Assembly: GCA_951812855.1 (NCBI GenBank)
Contig: CATOSW010000001.1
Span: forward strand, 44,148-76,147
Direction of reading: 5' to 3'
DNA from: an uncultured Lentisphaeria bacterium
GTDB taxonomy: Bacteria; Verrucomicrobiota; Lentisphaeria; JABSQK01; JAJFLO01
DNA: 32,000 nt
Shown: positions 26,528-32,000 of the stretch, piece after piece
Numbering within the stretch: position 1 is the first letter of the stretch
Layout: every line of letters begins with the position of its first letter
Made by a program: the position numbers and the translations under genes
Notes under the pieces: model-generated
Database searches by the model: none
What the model was told of the DNA's origin: nothing
The model's input: the letters and a program-made list of their open reading frames with translations, nothing else

Positions 26528-27446
26528 TTCGCCGTGGGGAGGAAAAGGACTTGCCGTTCCTTGGGGAGCGTCAAGCAAAACCTCCTCCTTCGTTCATTCG
26601 AACGGCGGCTTCGCCAGCAGTTGCCTCGGACATCATTGTCCGGCCCTTGTTCTTTTCGACCGGTCGCCTCGCCGACGTGCCTCAGGTCCAAGCGTCACTC
26701 CGTGTCTCGGAACGCGACTGTAATCAATATCCCAACTCGCCAAGGTCTCACGTCTTGCTAACTCGGCTGTTGCTAATCCGGTGCGGCTATCCCTAGACCG
26801 AGGTTACGATCTCGGGTGTTATGGGACAGGGAAAGAGGAGGGCGGACTGATGGAGCGTTGAGGGAAAGACACAACCATCGTGTCAGGGCAAATGCTTCTA
26901 AAATTTTTGAAAGAAGGATGGATATGTCCCGAAAATGATGGCCCGGGAGGATTCCGAGTTCCAGTCTACGTTAAGAGCCCGTGCAATGCTTGGCACGCCT
27001 TAAGAAAAACGCGAATTCATTGGGAAATTAGATGCGTCTACCCTGGCCATCGTGTACATGCCGATGGAATAGCCCCTCGGCGCGAATCAATGAGTAGCGG
27101 GTAAGGCTCCCCCAGTCAGTCTTAGAACACTACGTGAACTACATTTGGAGCCTCATCGGTATCCACGGAGACATCTACCGGAAGGTCGCCAACAGGCTCT
27201 GTCCGCTGTCCCCAACGCAGTTCACGCCTTCGCATAAGCGGACAAATCGAGCGAGGGGCTGATCGCCCTTAGAAAGCTTCGCCTGGAGTTGCGAAACGTC
27301 TTTGCCGGATGCGGATGCTCCCAGAGCATTAGGGACAGGTGGTCCGCCGCCAGGGAACATTAGTGCTCGACACGATTGCGTCTTCCTTCTCAAAACCCCT
27401 TCGGTGTCATTTAATTTGAGTCAACGCGTCGGCGGTTTCGAAAAAT

Positions 27447-27475
27447 TTGACACACCCGACAATGCTGAGTATTAA
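27447..27475 (+). promoter_or_regulatory. Sigma-70-like promoter about 365 bp upstream of cmr2
   Basis: TTGACA (27447-27452), a 17-bp spacer, then TATTAA (27470-27475). It is embedded in an AT-rich patch. Confidence 0.5.
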
Positions 27476-27840
27476 TTAGGGTATGAAAAGATATGAAAGC
27501 CCAAAATCGATTTAGTGAAGCGACGATACGAACTGTTTCAAACATCCAGATCTTCAATGATTACACTCCGTCTGTTTCGAATGCTTCCCCGCCTCCGATC
27601 AAACCCTCTCGAATATCGAAACCCTTGCTGGCTACATGTTCGTGGGTCCAGCGGACAATCGTCAGCTTTTTCCGGCAAAGTCGACACGTGTCATTTCCAG
27701 CGAGTTTTAAAGCCGAAGTCCGCCTTACCTGGTGACGGACTGAATTGCGAGGCAAGTATTCGCCGAAAGGCAGTGGTCACATATCCGAATCGGAAGAACT
27801 TGATGCTTGAAACAGTTCAGCAAACACCGGTGGCTGCCCT

Positions 27841-30750
27841 ATGACGGACTGGAAACGAAAACTTGCGGATTACTTGCACGACCCGCCGAGCAAGTGCTTG
27901 GACATTCGAACGCACGGAGAACGGTCGGCGACGGCCTTCCGCCAAGCCGGGCTAGTCGAGTCTGACGAAGAGGATTGCGAAAAGGCCGACTACAAGTATA
28001 CCAAAGAGGCCGACCATACTGCCGCAGCGGCGGACCGACTGCCTTTCCCGGTCTCTCAGTCCTCAGGATTGTGTTGTGCCTTCGACGGAGTTCACAATGC
28101 CTTCCGGCATCCGTTGGACGGCCGACGGATGCTGCGTTTCCACAAGGAATTTGCTTCGGTCGATCAGGGTTTTGAGGGGGAGCAGTCTGTGCAGCCCAGG
28201 CTCTCGGACAAGTGTTTGGATTCGCTGAAAGACGATGCGGAGCGATGGCGTGCTCGGTTTTTCGCCCATTGGCGGCTTTGGCCGAAGTTCACCATCGAGA
28301 AAGACTACCGCTACGCTTTCCTTCCCTCCGACACCCGAATACCGGATCATACGATTTGGACGCACATGCAAGTGGTGTCCGCTCTGGGGGGCTGCGTCGA
28401 AGGCGGCAACTTGCAACCCGCATTCCTCAAGTTTCAACTCGGCCCGGTGCAGGACTTCATCGCTGCGGCTCGCAGCACGCGAGATCTTTGGAGTGGCAGT
28501 TATCTGCTTTCCTGGCTCATGGCCTCAGGGTTGAAGAAACTATCGGAGGAAGTGGGGCCTGACGCGGTTATTTTTCCCAGCCTGCGTGAGCAACCTCTGT
28601 TCGACCTCCATTGGAGATCCGATCTCTGGAGTCGGGTTTCCATCGGAAACGACGGCAAGAAAAATGTCTGGGATACTCTCGATTGGAAAGACGACGATTT
28701 ACTAACCCCTAACTTGCCCAATGTGTTTCTCGCCGTTGTACCCCGAGAGCGGGCGGAGGCACTCGCCAAAACGACGTGTGAAGCTATTCAGTCAGAGTGG
28801 CGGCGTATCGCCGATGCTGTTTGGGATGCGTGTGTGAAACACCGGTTGACCAGGGATGAGGAAGGGCTGACCGAGGAAACCCGCAAGAGGCGCTACGACG
28901 CTCAGGTCGGGAGTTTCCTCTCGCTTTCCTGGCAATGCACCCCTTGGCCCGACACAATGACTGACGCCGTGAGGCTTGCGGAAGATGACGCTGCCGAGAT
29001 GCCAATTGTAAAAGCAAGCAAGCGGGTTCAAAAGATCATTCATATGGCGACCAATGAAATGCCGGTGGGACATCGGGACGGGCGTTTTTATGAGGGAGGC
29101 AAAGATGGCCCGAAGGACGAACTCAACAACATCGGCTTGGGCTGGTCGGTGATTCTGGCACTGAACGGTTGGCAACTGGACGCCGTGCGCCAGACCAGAA
29201 CTTTTTCAGCGGCCAACGAAGGCGGTTGGAATGTCGGAAGGGGCCATAACAAAGATTCCCTCACCGGAAAAGAAGAGGCCGTGGGGGGCGGTGAGGAATG
29301 GGTTAAGCGATCTGGAGAATTGGGAAAACCTTGGGCGTATCTGTTCGACAAAACCGATTGGGTCGGGGCACCGACGCTCATTAAACGCGTTTGGCACGAC
29401 GCTTACCTCGATAAAATCTGGGGGATCAAAACAAGTGATTTTCCCATGCCAAATACCCGAGGAATCGCGGCCCATGACCCGTTCAAAGACTGCGGCGATG
29501 ATGAAATTGCGGAAAACACCTCTTCGTTGGATAAATACTTCGCTGTGATCGCTTTTGACGGTGACGAAATAGGGAAGTGGGTCAGTGGAGAAAAGACGCC
29601 GGAGTTTAAGGACCAATTAGCCGATTACAAAGACCCGGAACAGGTTCGGCAAGGAACCGTGAAATATTTTGAACAGGAGAAATGCCTGAAAGAGTTTCTC
29701 GCAACCCAGCGACCGCTGTCGCCGAGCTACCATCTGCAGTTCAGCGAGGCGTTGGGTCATTTCGCATTGCGTTGCGCTCGGCCCATCGTCGAAGTGTTCG
29801 ATGGTCGTTTGATCTATGCCGGAGGGGACGACGTTTTGGCAATGGTTCCCGCCGCCACCGCTTTGGCTTGCGCCTACGCTCTGCGGAAAGCTTTCCGCGG
29901 GGAAACCGATATCGGCGATTTTTTGGAAGCCCACGCAAAAAAACTACGGGATGTGAAGCGGGAAAACCACCCTTCCAGGTATCAGGGAATGGCGGCGAAA
30001 AAGGAACTGCTGCAAGGGACCGGTCCCGGGTTTTTAGCGAGGTGGGACTCAAAGGACGACCAAGAACATCCGATTTTGTTCGTCGTTCCCGGGCCTAAGG
30101 CCGATGCGTCAGTTGGTATCGCAATCGCACATTTCAAGGCGCCGTTGCAGGATGTCGTCCGAGAGGCTCAGGCGGCAGAGAAACAAGCCAAGAGTAAATG
30201 CAAAGAAGGAGGCCAAGGCCGGAGTGCTTTTGCTGTAACGCTGATGAAGCGAAGTGGGGAAGTCCATCATTGGGGTGGCAAGTGGGGAGACGACAAGATT
30301 GAGGCAGGGGGTCTCTGTCTCTACAACAAGATCTTGGATCTCTTAGAAAGAAAGACCATCAGCGCCAAATTTCCACATCGGCTGGTCGAAGTGATTGAAC
30401 CCTACTTATCCACTGATAGCGGGAACAGTCATGTGCTCCAGGGCGCCGAAACGTTTTCGGAGGAGATCGCCCGAAAGATTTTGCTGCGTGAGGTCGAGTG
30501 GGTCGCCGATAGACAGCGAGGGCCGAATTACACGCATGAAATCGTCGAGGAACTAAATTTTGAGGCTCAAAGATATTTGGAGCTCGTTTCTAGTGGCTTG
30601 CGTGACTCGTGTAAGACTCAATGCGAAAAAGCGCGAGCGGAGACACCATTGAAACACAAAGCTCCACAAAAGATGGTTTCAGCCTTAATTGGGCTCTGCC
30701 AAACCGTCGCCTTCGCTCACCGCACTCGAGCGGAAACGGTCGAACGTTGA
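27841..30750 (+). CDS. cmr2: Cas10/Cmr2, type III-B large subunit
   Basis: 969 aa. N-terminus MTDWKRKLADYLHDPPSKCLDIRTHGE, with the HD dyad at H13-D14 (27877-27882). Palm motifs are VIAFDGDEIGKWVSG and LIYAGGDDVLAMVP (GGDD at 29821-29832). Confidence 0.93.
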   Translation: MTDWKRKLADYLHDPPSKCLDIRTHGERSATAFRQAGLVESDEEDCEKADYKYTKEADHTAAAADRLPFPVSQSSGLCCAFDGVHNAFRHPLDGRRMLRFHKEFASVDQGFEGEQSVQPRLSDKCLDSLKDDAERWRARFFAHWRLWPKFTIEKDYRYAFLPSDTRIPDHTIWTHMQVVSALGGCVEGGNLQPAFLKFQLGPVQDFIAAARSTRDLWSGSYLLSWLMASGLKKLSEEVGPDAVIFPSLREQPLFDLHWRSDLWSRVSIGNDGKKNVWDTLDWKDDDLLTPNLPNVFLAVVPRERAEALAKTTCEAIQSEWRRIADAVWDACVKHRLTRDEEGLTEETRKRRYDAQVGSFLSLSWQCTPWPDTMTDAVRLAEDDAAEMPIVKASKRVQKIIHMATNEMPVGHRDGRFYEGGKDGPKDELNNIGLGWSVILALNGWQLDAVRQTRTFSAANEGGWNVGRGHNKDSLTGKEEAVGGGEEWVKRSGELGKPWAYLFDKTDWVGAPTLIKRVWHDAYLDKIWGIKTSDFPMPNTRGIAAHDPFKDCGDDEIAENTSSLDKYFAVIAFDGDEIGKWVSGEKTPEFKDQLADYKDPEQVRQGTVKYFEQEKCLKEFLATQRPLSPSYHLQFSEALGHFALRCARPIVEVFDGRLIYAGGDDVLAMVPAATALACAYALRKAFRGETDIGDFLEAHAKKLRDVKRENHPSRYQGMAAKKELLQGTGPGFLARWDSKDDQEHPILFVVPGPKADASVGIAIAHFKAPLQDVVREAQAAEKQAKSKCKEGGQGRSAFAVTLMKRSGEVHHWGGKWGDDKIEAGGLCLYNKILDLLERKTISAKFPHRLVEVIEPYLSTDSGNSHVLQGAETFSEEIARKILLREVEWVADRQRGPNYTHEIVEELNFEAQRYLELVSSGLRDSCKTQCEKARAETPLKHKAPQKMVSALIGLCQTVAFAHRTRAETVER

Positions 30751-30767
30751 GTTCGGTGATACGTATT

Positions 30768-32000
30768 ATGGATGTTATCAAAATCCTTCTTCATCCGACT
30801 GACGTGCTGTTTTTCAGAGACGGACGGCCCATCGAAGGGTCCCTGGCGGGACATGGAGCGGCGTGGCCGTTGCCAAACGTGATCAATACGGCCTTGCACG
30901 CTGCGTTGCACCGAGCGTTTCCGGTTGATGACATCGCCCCCGATAAGCATGAAAATTTCGGCGACCATTTTCACCGGGTCGCATTCGGCGGTGCCATCCA
31001 TAATGAACGGCGGCATTGCCGCTTCGGTTCGTTGACCACGGCAGGTCCGTTTCCCGTAGAAAAGGGAGAGGAAAAATGGTATTTTCCGCGCCCGCAGGAC
31101 CTTACCGATAAAACGCTTTGCCCTAAGCTCGTCCCCACAGTTAGCACTAATGGGAGTAAGAGCAGTCTGCCTCTTCCGTTGAAATACCCAGTGGCGAGCC
31201 GAGTGCCTCCCTCCAAGGATAGTCCCGCCAACGATTGGCTTTCCCGCGAAGCGTTCGAACAATACTTAGAGGAGAATGAGTGTTCGCTGGAAGGTGTCGG
31301 CAACTCGGATATTTTTGATGCTGAACACTCCATAGGAATCGCCATTGATCCAGTGAAGCGAACCGCCGTGGAAAAGAAATTCTATTCTGCCCAGTATTTA
31401 AGACTCCGGGATCAATACTGTTTGGGGCAACTCGCCGCTGCCCGGAATGACGAGTCGGTCTTACTGCGCGAGATGTTCGGCAATAGCCAACCCTTTATCG
31501 TCGCGGGAGGTCAGCGACGGGTTTGCACAGTTGAACAAAAAGAGCTTGAACAACTGCCGCTGCCTATGGGGAAAACGACCGAATTTCCCGACCATAACGG
31601 AAAACATCTCGTAAAGTGGGTGCTGCTCAGCCCGGCTATTTGGCCGCGAATTCCCGCAGGCAAGGCTCGGCGACGAGAGAGCGCTTCGGCGTGTCGAGAA
31701 CATCCCGGGGGGTGGCTGCCGAATTGGATCGATTCCGAGACCGGGGAGGTTCTGTTGCGTGTGGTCACTCCCGATGAGCGGGAGCGACGGCGCAAGCTCA
31801 ATCACAATGGAAAAGGGTACGACACCAATGAAGGAGGTGCATTGCGGATTAACGCGCACCTTGTGGCCGCGTTGGTACCGAAGAAGGCGATTGTCGTGAC
31901 TGGTTGGTCCCTGGGAAAAATCTCTACCGAGGAGGAAGGCATTCGGCTGCCTGGAGCCAAGTCCACTCACCTCGCAGTGCCAGCGGGAGCGGTTTATTAC
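30768..32000 (+). CDS. cmr3: Cmr3 (type III-B), 3' end beyond the window
   Basis: This frame is not in the supplied ORF track because it has no stop. I translated it from ATG 30768 to nt 32000 and found 411 codons without a stop. Sequence: MDVIKILLHPTDVLFFRDGRPIEG ... EHSIGIAIDPVKRTAVEKKFYSAQYLRL ... VKWVLLSPAIW ... THLAVPAGAVYY, which are Cmr3 hallmarks. Confidence 0.88.
   Translation, partial: MDVIKILLHPTDVLFFRDGRPIEGSLAGHGAAWPLPNVINTALHAALHRAFPVDDIAPDKHENFGDHFHRVAFGGAIHNERRHCRFGSLTTAGPFPVEKGEEKWYFPRPQDLTDKTLCPKLVPTVSTNGSKSSLPLPLKYPVASRVPPSKDSPANDWLSREAFEQYLEENECSLEGVGNSDIFDAEHSIGIAIDPVKRTAVEKKFYSAQYLRLRDQYCLGQLAAARNDESVLLREMFGNSQPFIVAGGQRRVCTVEQKELEQLPLPMGKTTEFPDHNGKHLVKWVLLSPAIWPRIPAGKARRRESASACREHPGGWLPNWIDSETGEVLLRVVTPDERERRRKLNHNGKGYDTNEGGALRINAHLVAALVPKKAIVVTGWSLGKISTEEEGIRLPGAKSTHLAVPAGAVYY

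Noticed and set aside
27561-27755. Minus-strand 64-aa ORF with an HNH-like CxxC...HxxH...SKG pattern upstream of cmr2
   Set aside because: It lacks the second half of the HNH motif and the conserved Asn, is very short, and overlaps two other open frames. It is kept only as a remark under the leader finding, not called as a gene.

Overview
This high-GC bacterial window is bounded by two different CRISPR-Cas systems, with about 22 kb of mobile or accessory DNA between them.

**Left end (1-5520):** the 3' part of a type I-C operon (cas5c fragment, cas8c, cas7c, cas4, cas1, cas2), a 131-bp leader, and a CRISPR array. The array has 7 perfect 32-bp repeats (GTCGCTCCCTTCACGGGAGCGCGGATTGAAAC), 6 spacers of 33-35 bp, and one probable degenerate terminal repeat.

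**Right end (27841-32000):** the start of a type III-B (Cmr) operon, cas10/cmr2 with HD and GGDD motifs intact, then cmr3 running off the window. No array, cas6 or cmr1 lies upstream of it.

**Between them:**
1. A decaying phage- or plasmid-like island (about 5.7-17 kb). It holds lambda Nu1/GpA-like terS and terL (terL frameshifted) and a small serine recombinase. It also holds SSB, a two-wHTH Rep-like protein with phased iterons, two RHH proteins, an XRE regulator and a ParB-like two-gene cassette.
2. Within that island, the terS upstream region, terS and the terL 5' end are duplicated in inverted orientation (5704-6560 versus 13880-14820). The second copy is pseudogenised.
3. A secreted-protein operon ending in a roughly 975-aa protein with about 7 Cys-bracketed DUF11-like repeats.
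4. A 21-bp tandem repeat followed by IS remnants (an internally deleted transposase and a frameshifted IS3-family orfB).
5. A visibly AT-richer islet with two orphan membrane or secreted proteins, divergent from an RHH gene that has a palindromic operator.

**Most interesting leads:**
- Possible crRNA sharing between the I-C array and the array-less Cmr module.
- The roughly 9-kb segment bracketed by the long inverted repeats with an internal serine recombinase.
- The integrated iteron replicon.
- The uncharacterised low-GC genes and the long promoter-proximal leader beside cmr2.

Nothing here could be checked against databases. All family names rest on motif recognition by eye.
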